Shown: piece after piece, positions 1 to 12,797 of the stretch
Numbering within the stretch: the first letter of the stretch is position 1
Layout: each line of letters begins with the position of its first letter
Origin: Antedon mediterranea
Lineage: Eukaryota; Animalia; Echinodermata
Assembly (NCBI RefSeq): GCF_964355755.1
Contig: NC_092676.1
Location: forward strand, 1,183,788 to 1,247,787
Reading direction: 5' to 3'
Length of the DNA stretch: 64,000 nt
Notes under the pieces: model-generated
Databases searched by the model: none
Told to the model about the DNA's origin: nothing
Seen by the model: only the letters and a program-made list of their open reading frames with translations
Program-made: the position numbers and the translations under genes

Positions 1-1354
1 GTGAAATTAAAAAAAAAAGTGATACTGTAATATATAATATAATATGTGTTCAAAAATCAATATCTGTCTTTTATTTATAGTTTTCTATGTATGATATTTA
101 TATTGTCACAAAATTGACTTTATACTAATTATTTCCCTCTCTTAAATCGCATTTTCACAGGATGTTTGAGGTAAGTACCTATGAAATGAGGACTCGCATG
201 CTTTTCCAATAATATATCAGTTATTTTGTATGAGATTTTAAATATTAGCCTTTTTAAAACCCAAAATTAATGTTTTATAATTTATTTTTACCTTTTATTG
301 TTCATTTTTTTTAGTTATAAATATGTTTTTTTGAATGAATTAATAATAAAATGTTTGATTTTTTGTGATGATATGTTACTCATACCAAATTGATACAATC
401 ATGTTAGGCTAACACAATTACCGTATAATATTTTTATTTTGCATGTTACACTATTAAACAAGAATGACCCCAATACAACATTGTTTTTTTTTAATTATCA
501 TTTTTGCATGATTTGCAACTAACTTGTTCCATTTTTAGAGTTTTCCGCTTTTGAATCACATTTTAATGCAATTTTCCTTTTTTAAATTCTTGTCATACAA
601 CACAAATATTGAACACGTTATTTTCTGATAATTCTTTTCAAAGACATGAAATTGTAAAAAAAAATGTCTTTTTCGATTTCCGAAATGTCAACGAGTTAAT
701 TAAGGAAACAACGATAATTTATCGTCAATAAATATTATAAATATTATAACATTTTAAAGATAATATGTTGTATATGTATGTATATCCATAGGCACTCACT
801 GTTACAGAAATATTTCAACCACAATATTTAAAATACTATAATAAAAATGTTTAGGAACGTAACTGATCAAGTTTAAATTTTTGTTTTACTTTTGTAGTTT
901 CCTTTATTGGAAAATATTAACTCAAAACAAATTAAATATAGATAATAACGCCTTTTCGTTCGTATCATACGACTGCGTAGCTATGGCGTCTGTCGTTCTA
1001 TGCATGGTCACTTGTCAAATGCTGCTGCATGCCATGCCGCACGGTGCATGATGAAAAAAATGAGAGATAAAGTTATAACATTGCATGCAGTTTGCGCATT
1101 CCAGGGGCCGGTTGGTGCGCCCAGACCCTGGTGCATGATAACAATAGCTTGGAGCCCTACACAGTAATGCATGAATAATGAAATAACTTTGTTAGATTGT
1201 TAGTATATTATTTTTGGGCAAGCCACCGTGATGTTTAAAATTGTAAACAAATATTAAAACTTGTAATTGTATGTTCCCAGATATCTTCTTTATAACCAAG
1301 TATCATATTTTCCTTAACCACAAATTGAACTCTTTTATTTCTAATTTTTTTAAG

Positions 1355-1527
1355 GTTTGCGGATCCTTGATGGTGGTGTGACTGATGCCATGCAGGCATC
1401 TGCCATCTTGTTCAACAACAGTCACATTGACATCTACAGTTGCTGCTGGGGACCTCCTGATGATGGCAAGACGTTCCAAAAACCTGGTGAACTCCTTACA
1501 GAGGCCTTTGAAACAGGAACTAAAGAG
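1355..1527 (+). CDS. Proprotein convertase (S8B kexin/furin family), internal exon A, catalytic domain
   Basis: tttttttaag acceptor, GAG|gtac donor; translates (G)[57 protein letters not shown], aligning to furin GVRMLDG...IYSASWGPEDDGKTVDGP. Confidence 0.95.
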
Positions 1528-1564
1528 GTACTGTTTTACTATCTATTACTAAACATGCAGAAGT

Positions 1565-1660
1565 AAATTTATTTATTTATTTATTCAACTTTGTTTTACA
1601 ACGGTAGCTCTAACAGCTGTCTACAGCTGTACAGCTGACTTGAAGAGGCCCTCTTAAAAT
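1565..1660 (-). mobile_element. Probable LINE/SINE 3' tail remnant
   Basis: Minus strand shows a stem-loop (cagctg...cagctg) followed by a (TAAA)n tail. Confidence 0.35.
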
Positions 1661-1982
1661 AATACAAAAGTATACAGTAAGACGTTCAAAGTCACAAAAG
1701 GATTGTGATTGTGGGGTGTAGCCCATGTTGAGGTGTGATTATATTCTTATGTTTAAGCCCACCATAGGATTATAAACCAACTCTCCATGAGATATCTAAC
1801 CTCTATCAAACATTTTAAACATTTGTTGTTTTTTTGCATAGATTTTGGTTTATCCTTTTAATAGTTTATTTATATTTATCTTTTTTTATCGTACCAATAT
1901 TTGCCAATCTTTAAGAAGAATTTTTATTGTTATTTTATTATGATAATGGACAAGTATTTCATATTATCTTTTTTCATGACAG

Positions 1983-2216
1983 GGTCGCAATGGTAAAGGA
2001 TCCATCTTTGTTTGGGCATCAGGCAATGGAGGAGCTTCAGATGATGACTGCAGTGCTGATGCATATGTTGGAAACATCCACACAATATCAATAGGTTCTG
2101 CTAACGACAAGGGGGAATCTGTCTACTTTATGGAGAAATGCCCTTCGACCCTGGCTGTGACCTTGTCTGGTGGACCACACAAACGAGGGTCAATGCAGAA
2201 CAACGTTAATGAAGTG
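1983..2216 (+). CDS. Proprotein convertase exon B (oxyanion-hole Asn)
   Basis: gacag acceptor, GTG|gttagt donor, phase 0-0; GRNGKGSIFVWASGNGGASDDDCSADAYVGNIHTISIGSANDKGESVYFMEKCPSTLAVTLSGGPHKRGSMQNNVNEV; WASGN rather than WASGD argues against PC2. Confidence 0.95.
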
Positions 2217-2616
2217 GTTAGTATTCAACCCTTGGACTGGTTTTTATTGGATCTTTACAAAATATTTGGGATCTGCTTTTTATTTAGAAATCTAATAGGG
2301 ACCTATTTATAGAAAACTATTATTGGAAACTATTGTATTTAACATATATTTGGGATTGGGAACTACAGTTTTATGAAACCTATTTTGGAACCTGCTCCAA
2401 TTTAGGAACCTATTGGGGACCGATTTAACCTATTTGAGACCTGTTCCCTATTTATGGAACCGCAAGAAAGTTCAAGAGTTTCTGGTAATCAAACATTTTG
2501 GTTTTATGAGAGTTTATTGTAAAACTCAACACATGTCCTCACTTTCCTTGTTGAGCATCATTGAATTCATTTTAATTAATTTTGCTTTCATGTAACAAAA
2601 TGTCTTTTTCTTCCAG

Positions 2617-2717
2617 ACTACAACTGACCTACATAATGGGTGTACCTCTCAGTTTATTGGAACATCAAGTGCTGCCCCGTTAGCATCTGGGATTCTGGCT
2701 TTGGTTCTACAAGCAAA
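2617..2717 (+). CDS. Proprotein convertase exon C (catalytic Ser)
   Basis: ttccag acceptor, AA|gtatgt donor; [33 protein letters not shown](N) with the GTSxxxP motif. Confidence 0.95.
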
Positions 2718-2748
2718 GTATGTAGTTTCACTTATAATTCTACTCTTA

Positions 2749-2860
2749 AGCTCTGTCCACACTAACTTTATGTGACAAAAACATGTGATGTGCCCATATA
2801 TGGACATGATGTCATATTTCTACGATATTTGGGCATATTTTTAATAGTGTAGACAGAGCT
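2749..2860. mobile_element. MITE family B (TIR AGCTCTGTCYACACTAT), PIF/Harbinger-like
   Basis: TIRs agctctgtccacacta / tagtgtagacagagct; core gcccatatatggacatgatg shared with other copies. Confidence 0.8.
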
Positions 2861-4199
2861 GAAATGGTTTTAATTCAACAACTACTGTTACAAAAAGTAT
2901 ACTGTATTATGATAAAGATGCAGACATTGCAGAACTACCACCACTAGTCTACTGCTTACCATCTTCAATAGATTCTTTGGTTTATCTTGTTCATATATTG
3001 AATAATATTAAAAACAAAACAAAGATTTTATCATTAGATTCTTAGATTTAGGAGAAGCAATTACTATAATGGCCAACACTCAACTGGTATTGACTGGGTT
3101 CAGACAGGGTTTAGACCAAACATTTAGGTAGTGACAATCTATTTTCCTCCCATACTTCCATACTTCAGTTTGTGTATGTTTCTTTTCTTCAATTCTATGC
3201 ATCTTGAAACTTTAATATTTGATTGTGTAAAGTTCTTGTAATTGTCATATTGAACATTATCTCTATAGCCACAGACCAATTATTGTTTCAATAATTGTTC
3301 AATGTACTAATTTAAATTGTACTATTATTAATTTTTACCCTATTCTGACCTATTACTTGATTAAACTCTAGAAAAAGTACAAATATTTGACATGTCCTTT
3401 TAATGATACTAATTGACAAATAATGGTCACTACACATCTTCTTTGTTTGAAAATCTTATAGTTTGTCATTTGTAAAACTGTATCACCTACCTTGTAAACT
3501 AGACCAGCAAGATGGTGGGCTTATTAAATGTTTTCCCCTCTTTTATGGAAAAACAAACCTACTTGGAATTTCTTTTGTGCAGGAGAGCAATAGTACATTT
3601 ACCTTTAGTTTTCTTAAATGTGTTATTCACCTATAAATGATTAATTTGTTTATCATTATCATCGTTGTATCATGTGATTGATTAACGATCAATATTTAAT
3701 TGATTGATTGATTAATGTTGTAATATGCAAATTAAACTACATACAGGCTGCTACATGCACAGTAAGTACACACTACTATATAGTACTCTCATTTTATCCT
3801 GGTACACTGATTATATAGTCACTTATATTTTAAAATTCAGAGCATTGTTTACTGCGGGCAGAAAGTGATAGATATTGCATTTAATCACTTTCAGATTGAC
3901 TGATTATTAATTATTAATATTGATTGATTTGTTGCAAATCCTGTGAATGATCAAATAAATCATAGTTACAATTACTCATAATAAATAATGATTTTACATA
4001 TTTTATGGTAACTTTAATGTTGATAACTAGTGATTTATTGTGTTTTTCTGATTATTTCTTCAATGTTTTCTCGCATTTTGTATATATTTTGAATTTTTTC
4101 TTAACAAATTTCTTAGTATGTTGTACTTTTTTTTATATTTGTTTTTTATTTATTTATTTATTTTTTTCTTTTCAATATCATAACTCAAACCTTACCTGA

Positions 4200-4295
4200 T
4201 AAGTGTCTATACTGTCTTACTATTCTTGTGATGTGCCCATATATGGACGTGATGATGTCATATCACTACCATATTTGGGAATATCAATATCAATA
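4200..4295. mobile_element. MITE family B, degraded fragment
   Basis: tgtgatgtgcccatatatggacgtgatgatgtcatatcactaccatatttggg matches the family core. Confidence 0.6.
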
Positions 4296-4322
4296 GCTTC
4301 ACTGGACTCTTTTTTTTTGCAG

Positions 4323-4544
4323 TCCTTCATTAACGTGGAGAGATGTTCAACATATCATCGTTCATGGTAGCCATATACCGAATCCGGTAGAAGGTGGTTG
4401 GCATATAAATGGTGCCGGCTACCATCTCAATCACCGTTTTGGTTTTGGTGTGCTTGATGCTGGGAAGATGGTGAAGTTAGCAATGACCTGGGAAAATGTA
4501 CCAAAACAAGAAACATGTGAAATACCAGTCACACAGTACAATCT
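4323..4544 (+). CDS. Proprotein convertase exon D (end of catalytic domain)
   Basis: ttttgcag acceptor, CT|gtaagt donor, phase matches exon C; (N)PSLTWRDVQHIIVHGSHIPNPVEGGWHINGAGYHLNHRFGFGVLDAGKMVKLAMTWENVPKQETC. Confidence 0.95.
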
Positions 4545-4815
4545 GTAAGTATTGCAATTTACAAACATAAATATTGGGTACTGATATTAGGCTCACTGGT
4601 CCTATTTACCCATGTGAAAGACCAGTCACACAGTACAATTTGTAATTTGTAAACATAACATTGGGTACTGATATTAGGCCCACTGGTCCTATTCACCCCT
4701 GTGAAACACCAGTATAATTTGTAAGTATTGCAATTTATAAACATAAACATTGGGTACTGATATTAGACTGGCCCTATCCACCCCTGTGAAACACCAGTAT
4801 TGTTTGTAAGTGTTG
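4514..4815 (+). repeat. Imperfect 85-97 bp tandem repeat (~3.3 copies) spanning the exon D donor
   Basis: Units start at about 4514, 4611, 4698 and 4783 (c[a/c]tgtgaaa.accagt...ttgggtactgatattag). Confidence 0.85.
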
Positions 4816-5971
4816 TATTTTATTGAAATAAACACTGCTCTGTACTAAGCCCACAGCCCCTTCCACCTTTTACCCCCTCCCCTCTTTCGTCAAACACTCA
4901 TGCATATAGTGTAATTTGTATTGTTGTTGTGAGGCTGCACACCAACCACACATAAGTAAATACCATTTATTTCACTTAATTAAATAAATATTTAAAGATT
5001 CTACTTAAGTGTTCCCTATATCTAGGTATTTCCCTACAAACAAATAATCTACATTGTGTGCAGTACGGTATATGAAAAGTGAATAGAAGTTTGTTTAGAA
5101 TGTTAGTAACTTGAAAAACAATTACGTATAATGAAATTGTGTAAATTAATAACACTTAAGTGTTATTAATTCACTTATTATCACTTGAGACTCTCAGATA
5201 TAAATACAAATACTTTGTTACAAGTACTTAGTGTTATTACAAGCAAGACAAAATAAATCCTAACTTATTAATACAAGAAGCCTTTGGTACATGGCCTTGT
5301 TGAACTCATCATCATAGTTATTACTACTAACATGTAATCTCTATAATGAAATATCATGATTAAAAAATAGCTATTAAACAAGCTATCAAGATTGATTGAT
5401 ATTTGAAATGGAATAAAACATGTTTTCATTGGCAATTGTTTGTAAGTAAGTACAGTCTAATCAAAGTGATTCAATCAGAAGAAGAAGCAACACTAATTTA
5501 ATCAATAATATATATATTGTTAACGAAGGATTACCGCAACTTTTAAGTAAATGAAAATCTTGCCGTACTTACGGCAAATGCAAATTCGCGCCGTCGTCTG
5601 GTTTAACCGTAAATTAACAGACAGGGTGGAATCACTGCAGTATATTGTTTCGTGTATTACACCAAATCTTTGCCGTTTAATTGAATTGAAACAGATCAGT
5701 GTTTTTTACAATTATGAATTCTATTATACAGTGGAAACAGGATTTATGTTTCATTTTGAAAACAGAGCCCTCTTACTGAAAAAAAAGTTTAGAAATTTAA
5801 TCTAAAAAAGAGAGTCAATCAAGTGTTGGAGAAAAAGTTTTATAATCTTAACAATGACAATAAAATATTTGTAAAAGGCTTGCTTTAAAAACATAAAGTT
5901 AAACATAATTTAAATGTTTAAATTGTACTATTGAGAATTCGGTTGATATGAAAAACTATTTTAGTAACTAA

Positions 5972-6111
5972 AGCTCTGTCCACACTATTAACTTTATGTG
6001 ACAACAAATTGTGACATGCCCATATATGGACAAGATGACATCATATCACTACTATATTTGGGAACATCAAACTTTTTTTTTTCAAACTAGTTTGATAGTG
6101 TGGACAGAGTT
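5972..6111. mobile_element. MITE family B, full copy
   Basis: TIRs present, TAA on both flanks (target-site duplication). Confidence 0.85.
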
Positions 6112-6631
6112 TAAAAACGATTTTGCGTAACTACTGTTGAGGTAGTTTTCAACCTTTGACCCCGTGAAGAAGGTAGAGAATCATGCTGAATCAGGTTACA
6201 CATTTCGTTCCTCAGTCTTTGTAAGGTACATACACTATACACAACTAGAAAGTCAAACCCAAGAACAAGTTAAGTTTTATCAAGACGTTTCATACACCAC
6301 CTTGAGTATACTACAGCTTTAGTTACCAATAACACTGTGGAACTTCATAATAGTTTTTTTACCCCAAGAAAAATACAATTTTTATGAAACAAAAATGTTG
6401 AACGATATTCAAAATTCCAAGATCAACCAAGCGTATAATATATTCTATGATTTCTTGTAATAATTGTATTTTCTACGTAAATTGGATATGATTAATGGAT
6501 GACTTAAATTGGTATTTTTTAAATTACATCTTTCTTGTAATTTTTGTCAATTGCAATAATGAAATGGTACTCTAGATTTGAAATAACATCTAGTAGACAA
6601 GGCACATTTCAAGAATCATGGAAGACATACA

Positions 6632-6790
6632 AAGCTGTATACAGTCCAATGCTGTGGAAGACAGCCCCCATCTAAGCACCTATTAAGCTGTATACAATCC
6701 AATGCTGTGGAAGACAGCCCCCATCTAAGCACCTATTAAGCTGTATACAGTCCAATGCTGTGGAAGACAGTCCCCATCTAAGCACCTATT
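6632..6790 (+). repeat. 53-bp tandem repeat x3
   Basis: aagctgtatacagtccaatgctgtggaagacagcccccatctaagcacctatt at 6632, 6685, 6738. Confidence 0.95.
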
Positions 6791-8079
6791 ATTATAGTTC
6801 GCAATACAAATTTGAAATTTTAAACACTTTGAAATTATACATATTTTTTTTAATGAAAGCATTACACCTCTAGATTGGACCGTTCTAGAGGTGTTTACCA
6901 CCTGTTGGTCCCATCCTTCACTGAATCTACTCTGTTCTTTTTATATGTTATGTCTTTTTCTTGCTTTGCATGTACATTTTTGTGAGATTTGGAATAAATA
7001 AAATAAAATTAAAATAAATACAGGCTAATACGACAAGTTTTGTGAGAAAGTTGATGTAATTTCAAATGGACTTACAAGATCTCCCACCTTTAGCTTCAAT
7101 TTCTTCCCATTATTTTGGATTTATTTTGCTTTTCTATCTTGATAGTGTATACATTTACTCTTTAGGCTCAAGTATTAGGTTTGCAGGTATTTTGAAAACA
7201 AGTATACAGTAGGCACCCTCTATGATTTGGTAACACTTTTAAAAAGCCTGCTTCCCGATATTTTATTTTTCCTAGTTTTGGGACCTCTGATGTGACAGTT
7301 TGAAATATGTAAGGTGGGTTTTGCAACCTGGTTACAATTCTCTATTTCTTCCTATCTTTCTTTATATTAATGGTTTAAATCTTGATAAAATATATAACCT
7401 TGACAATTCACAGAAAAACTAAAATTTTATTATATTCACAAACAGAACTTTAAAAAGCAAAAAGAAATAAAGCACGTTCTCAAGATTTAAGTAATTTATA
7501 TCAGATTAATTACAGTTTTACCTGTGATATCTAACAGGTGATTAGAGTGACTTAACGCGTGAATAACGCCCCAGGCTACATCTTTTATACAAGGTAGTTT
7601 TCTGGGATTATACCCCGACGACGACAATATGTGCGTAGTTCCTAATCAAGTAATCATCATTTTTTTGTCTCGTTATATCAGCAACTTATAATCAACGTCA
7701 AAGCAATTTTTAAAATGATCGTTTGTTAGCAATCATCGCGATACACCTGACTTGGGATTTAACCTAGATATCATACGCCTTGGTTATGAGGGTTAACAAC
7801 ATTTCTGACTCGTTATTATATAGTAAATTGCTGTCAAAGGAGTCACATGTAATGATACTTTTACAGGAGTAATCATCGTTGATGTTATTATAACACCTAT
7901 ATTAGTTTGAATGATACTAGAAGCTGGAGGGCCTTCTTGCAGTTTCTTTCTTTAATCCTTCTAAATTTGAAACCTTCATTCGAGTTTTTTCAAATATATA
8001 TTGAAAAATATAAATCATAAAATAAGTTTTGGGTAAAAACCTTCAAAGAGGATCATTACATTAGTTTAATGACTTTGAC

Positions 8080-8113
<34 letters not shown>

Positions 8114-8301
8114 CATTGCGTCCAAGCGGGAACCAGGCTTAAATATTCCCAAATGCCTATTTTTTAAAACCTCGTTTCCATCTAGAAAAAAGCTTGTTTC
8201 CATGGGAGGTCCTCATTCAGAAAAATAACTATAAACTGGAAAAAAAATAAATGCTCGGTTTTATGTAAAATTTGAAATGCTTTTTATGATGAGAGGTTTT
8301 T

Positions 8302-9470
8302 AAGTATCAAACTCAACAAGTAAATCTATAGATAAGACTTACTCATTGTACTATCTTGGGTAATATTTAGAACAATTTAAAGTATCAAACTCAACAAGTA
8401 AATCTATAGATAAGACTTACTCACTATACTATCCTGGGTAATATTTAGAACAATTTAAGTATCAAACTCAACAAGTAAATCTATAGATACTAGACTTACT
8501 CACTATACTATCCTGGGTAATATTTAGAAAAATTTAAGTATCAAACTCAACAAGTAAATCTATAGATAAGACTTACTCATTGTACTATCTTGGGTAATAT
8601 TTAGAACAATTTAAGTATCAAACTCAACAAGTAAATCTATAGATAAGACTTACTCACTATACTATCTTGGGTAATATTTAGAACAATTTAAGTATCAAAC
8701 TCAACAAGTAAATCTATAGATAAGACTTACTCACTATACTATCTTGGGTAATATTTAGAACAATTTAAGTATAAAACTCAACAAGTACATCTATCTAGAT
8801 AAGACTTACTCACTATACTATCTTGGGTAATATTTAAAACTATTTAAGTATCAAACTCAAAAAGTAAATCTATAGATAAGACTTACTCATTGTACTATCT
8901 TGAGTAATATTTAGAACAATTTAAGTATCAAACTCAACAAGTAAATCTATAGATAAGACTTACTCACTATACTATCTTGGGTAATATTTAGAACAATTTA
9001 AGTATAAAACTCAACAAGTACATCTATCTAGATAAGACTTACTCACTATACTATCTTGGGTAATATTTAGAACAATTTAAGTATCAAACTCAACAAGTAC
9101 ATCTATCTAGATAAGACTTACTCACTATACTATCTTGGGTAATATTTAGAACAATTTAAGTATCAAACTCAACAAGTAAATCTATAGATAAGACTTACTC
9201 ATTGTACTATCTTGAGTAATATTTAGAACAATTTAAGTATCAAACTCAACAAGTAAATCTATAGATAAGACTTACTCATTGTACTATCTTGGGTAATATT
9301 TAGAACAATTTAAGTATCAAACTCAACAAGTAAATCTATAGATAAGACTTAACTCATTGTACTATCTTGGGTAATATTTAGAACAATTTAAGTATCAAAC
9401 TCAACAAGTAAATCTATAGATAAGACTTACTCACTATACTATCTTGGGTAATATTTAGAACAATTTAAGT
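8302..9470 (+). repeat. 77-bp minisatellite, ~15 copies, intronic
   Basis: Unit aagtatcaaactcaacaagtaaatctatagataagacttactca[tt/ct][g/a]tactatcttgggtaatatttagaacaattt. Confidence 0.97.
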
Positions 9471-10059
9471 TACCTTATGATTGACACTCAGCGTTGATTA
9501 GATTTACAATTTTATTTTGTAATCAAGTTTTTTTTACGGCAGATAGTCTGAACATTTGCGATATTGCACTTTGAAAATGAACGCTAATGCATCTGTTAAT
9601 AAGACGTTTAATATATTCAGTTTTATCGTGATAATACAGTTTATATATTTGATTAGACGTGAGAGCGTTATCTATTGAGTGAATAGGTCTCTTAATCCTA
9701 GTTCTTTACAAGGTTTTTCAATAGATTACACCACTCCATGAAATAGCTTTTAAGTAAATCAAATTTGTTTTTTGATTTTAGCTTAGTGAATTATAATTCC
9801 TGTTATCTCCGGTGATATCCCTACTTCATAAATTAAAACAATATCGTCTAAATAGATTATAGTCTTCCGGCGGAGATCTTTATATTCACCGTCGTCGTTC
9901 GCCGTCGTCGTTCACCATCATCGTTCACCGTCGTCATTATTGTTTATAGCGCTGATTTTTACCGCACGTTTGTACGTACCAATATAATACCCCTTAAATA
10001 TGAACGTGATTTTGTTGATACTGAGATGAGCAAGTGCTTTCCATTGCTTGCATTATCAA

Positions 10060-10195
10060 TGCTCTGTCTACTCTATCAAACTTCATGTAAAAAAAAATAT
10101 ATATATATATATAGACATGATGATGTCATATTGCTACCATCTTTGGGCACTTTTTTTGTCAAACTAGTTTGATACTTGATAGTGCTGACAGAGCT
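10060..10195. mobile_element. MITE family B copy
   Basis: gctctgtctactctatcaaact ... tttgat..gatagtgctgacagagct|tta. Confidence 0.75.
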
Positions 10196-11229
10196 TTAGA
10201 TATTTTGCTTTACAAAAATTATAAAATAGTAATTAGTGGCTACAATATTGTATATAAAAAGAAGGTAAATTAATATAGTAGATAAATGTTTTCAAATAAA
10301 TGTATGTAAATTATATGAAAAAACAACCATTTTTTTTTTTTATAAATATCATGGCGTAGTAATCACATCGATGAATAGGATTACGTGATGCAATTTCTTG
10401 GTAAATGAATGCAAAATAAATCAATTAAATACAATTCATTAACCTAAGTGTACAATCTGCATTACAAGTGGTTTATAACGTAAACACACAATATATAAAT
10501 TGATTTCAACAATTGCCTGTGGTGATTCGCCTTTGTATAGGCACATTGCTTTTTGTGTGATGATCAGTAGCCATGTACAGAAGCAATCAAAATTCATGTT
10601 AAGAGCACACTTTATAAAATCACTATTAAACATCTTAATAATGTTAAAATGAAATCAAAAAGTGATTATGAATATATAATGAAATCATTTTTGTGAGATT
10701 AAGATCTACTGAAGTGCGTTGTCCTGTCTTATTTACTTGTCCAAGTTTTTTTCTTAATTTAGGACACGTCAATCAAGTCGTCATTATACTTATTGTATCA
10801 TTAATCTTAATTTTCATTGAGTACACGCTTAAAATTGTAATTATTTTTAACCTTAAAAGCATGTAGGATTAAATGTTACATCTTTGTACAAACCTAATAA
10901 TTTAAAATATCCATTTGTTATGATTTCATTTCTTTTCATTTTTGCAACATATTAATGTGGTTATAATTAGATAATATAGGACAAACTCTGAAGAAACCAA
11001 ACAAATCAAACCATTATCATTCTAAAGAATCAAGATGGATTCACTCACTTTCTTTACAGATGTATTGTTTCCCAAAAACATGACAAATGATGGTTAATAA
11101 AGAAAGATTTCAATAGGTCATTTTGGAGTATAAAGCCTATTCACTTTTGTAGACCAAAAAAAAACGGTTTAAAAAAAGACAAAATAAACGGTTACATTCA
11201 ACCAAAACCTATTGACTTCCTTCCAGTCA

Positions 11230-11337
11230 ATGTAACTATTTTTGCTTTAAATTACAGTTTTTCAGATAAATACATTTTTGTTTGATCCAATTTTTTGGTC
11301 AAACAAAATAAAAAAATTTTCAAGGACACTGTTTTAA
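11230..11337 (-). mobile_element. TTAA-flanked DNA transposon end (Kolobok-like), same family as 20288-20460
   Basis: Reverse complement ttaa-aacagtgtccttgaaaa...tttgaccaaaaaattggat...tttatctgaaaaa matches the copy at 20288. Confidence 0.4.
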
Positions 11338-11643
11338 CTTTTATAAATGTTTCATAAATTATATTAAAATATATCAAACTTATTACAGTAGTAGACTTAA
11401 GTTAATTTAGTTAGTTTGTGCATAGAGATATTCTATAATATCTCTATGGTTTGTGACTATGATTTGAAACTGAAAGAAAGCATTCAAATAACATGTAGTT
11501 AATAATAACATTGTATATATTTATTCTGATATAGTGTATTACATATAAATATATCTCAATGCACTTTATTGCCACAGTAATTTGTTTTTAATTATTTTCT
11601 TTCTATTGTATTACATAAACTGTTATTGTGAAAAAAACAAATT

Positions 11644-11742
11644 TGGTTGGCTTTTTCTCATTTTCACAGATTTCCTAATCTTTACCAAATTAATTCCAAG
11701 TAATTATATTAGTGGGAGGTTTGGCATTTCTCATTGCCTGCC
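11644..11742 (+). mobile_element. SINE family C body fragment
   Basis: ctttttctcattttcacagatttcctaatcttta...cattgcctg matches the body of the SINE at 41582. Confidence 0.6.
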
Positions 11743-11821
11743 AAAAAATATGAATATATTTCAATGAAGATAGTGATAATTGTATTGATGATAATAGAGA
11801 TTAGTAATACTGAAATACTTG

Positions 11822-11988
11822 TTTTGTGTGAAAACAAGCTTAATTATTTGTATTGTGTGAATACAAGCTTAATTATTTGTATTGTGTGAACACAAGCTTA
11901 ATTATTTGTATTGTGTGAATACAAGCTTAATTATTTGTATTGTGTGAATACAAGCTTAATTATTTGTATTGTGTGAATACAAGCTTAA
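11822..11988 (+). repeat. 29-bp tandem repeat, ~6 copies, just upstream of the exon E acceptor
   Basis: Unit tgtgtgaatacaagcttaattatttgtat. Confidence 0.95.
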
Positions 11989-12022
11989 CTTTAACTAATT
12001 GTATTACGTGTTGTCATTTCAG

Positions 12023-12797
12023 GGAAGTGAAACAAGGACAAAAAAAGACGATCTTCATCGACGTAAACGACTGTGATCAGATTGTTCAGCTTGAGCACAC
12101 CCAAGCGTTCATAACGTTTGAGTCTCCCCGTCGCGGCGACATCAGCATAATGTTATACTCCCCCGCAGGTACTCCTTCCGAGCTCCTCTCAACTCGCAAG
12201 TACGACGGAGACATCAACGGTATCAAAGATTGGCCGTTTATGAGCGTGCACAACTGGGGTGAAAATCCAAAAGGTATGTGGACGCTAGAATTAACGTATA
12301 ATGAGACACCTGAAGATGTTGTTGATGAAGTGAACATTCAACCACGGAAGAAACACCACAAAGCTGTGTTAGTGTCTGTCGGCTTGAAGTTTTATGGCAT
12401 CAGGGAATACGAGGTCAACGACGATACGCTTAAAGAAGGGTCAGAAAAGAATCCGGCGATAAACCCAGAACACGCGGGGAAAAGCAATCAGAACACAGTT
12501 GTTGATATTTACAACGCAGAACAACTGAAAGACGAGGAGATAGTTGTCGACATCGATGACGTGGCAAAAGGAGCGAAGATGCCACCAAACATTAAACACA
12601 ACAAAGATGGCGATCAGATCGACACGGGCAAGTTTGATGGCGTACTACTAGGTGCGAAACGAAACATGATATTGGACGAGAAGTTTCTAGACAGTCTAAG
12701 TACGAAAGAAGTTAGATTGTTATTACGTGAAGTTGTCTTAGAAGAGAGACAGACGATGTTAAAGAGAATGCTTGAAGATTTTAATGACAAAAAATAA
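12023..12797 (+). CDS. Proprotein convertase terminal coding exon E (P domain plus C-terminal tail)
   Basis: catttcag acceptor; CT+G gives Leu in phase with exon D; LEHTQAFITFESPRRGDISIMLYSPAGT...WPFMSVHNWGENPKGMWTL P-domain signature; TAA ends at 12797. Confidence 0.93.

Noticed and set aside
8302-9470. Regular arrays (also 20797-22741, 35085-35390, 39500-41470, 55302-55552) as CRISPR-like
   Set aside because: Head-to-tail units with no unique spacers, no cas genes, eukaryotic context.
11940-12022. N-terminal 28 residues of the 285-aa ORF
   Set aside because: Translated 29-bp intronic repeat; the real exon starts at the AG acceptor (12023).
12086-12337. Antisense ORF over the convertase exon
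   Set aside because: Shadow of the coding strand.
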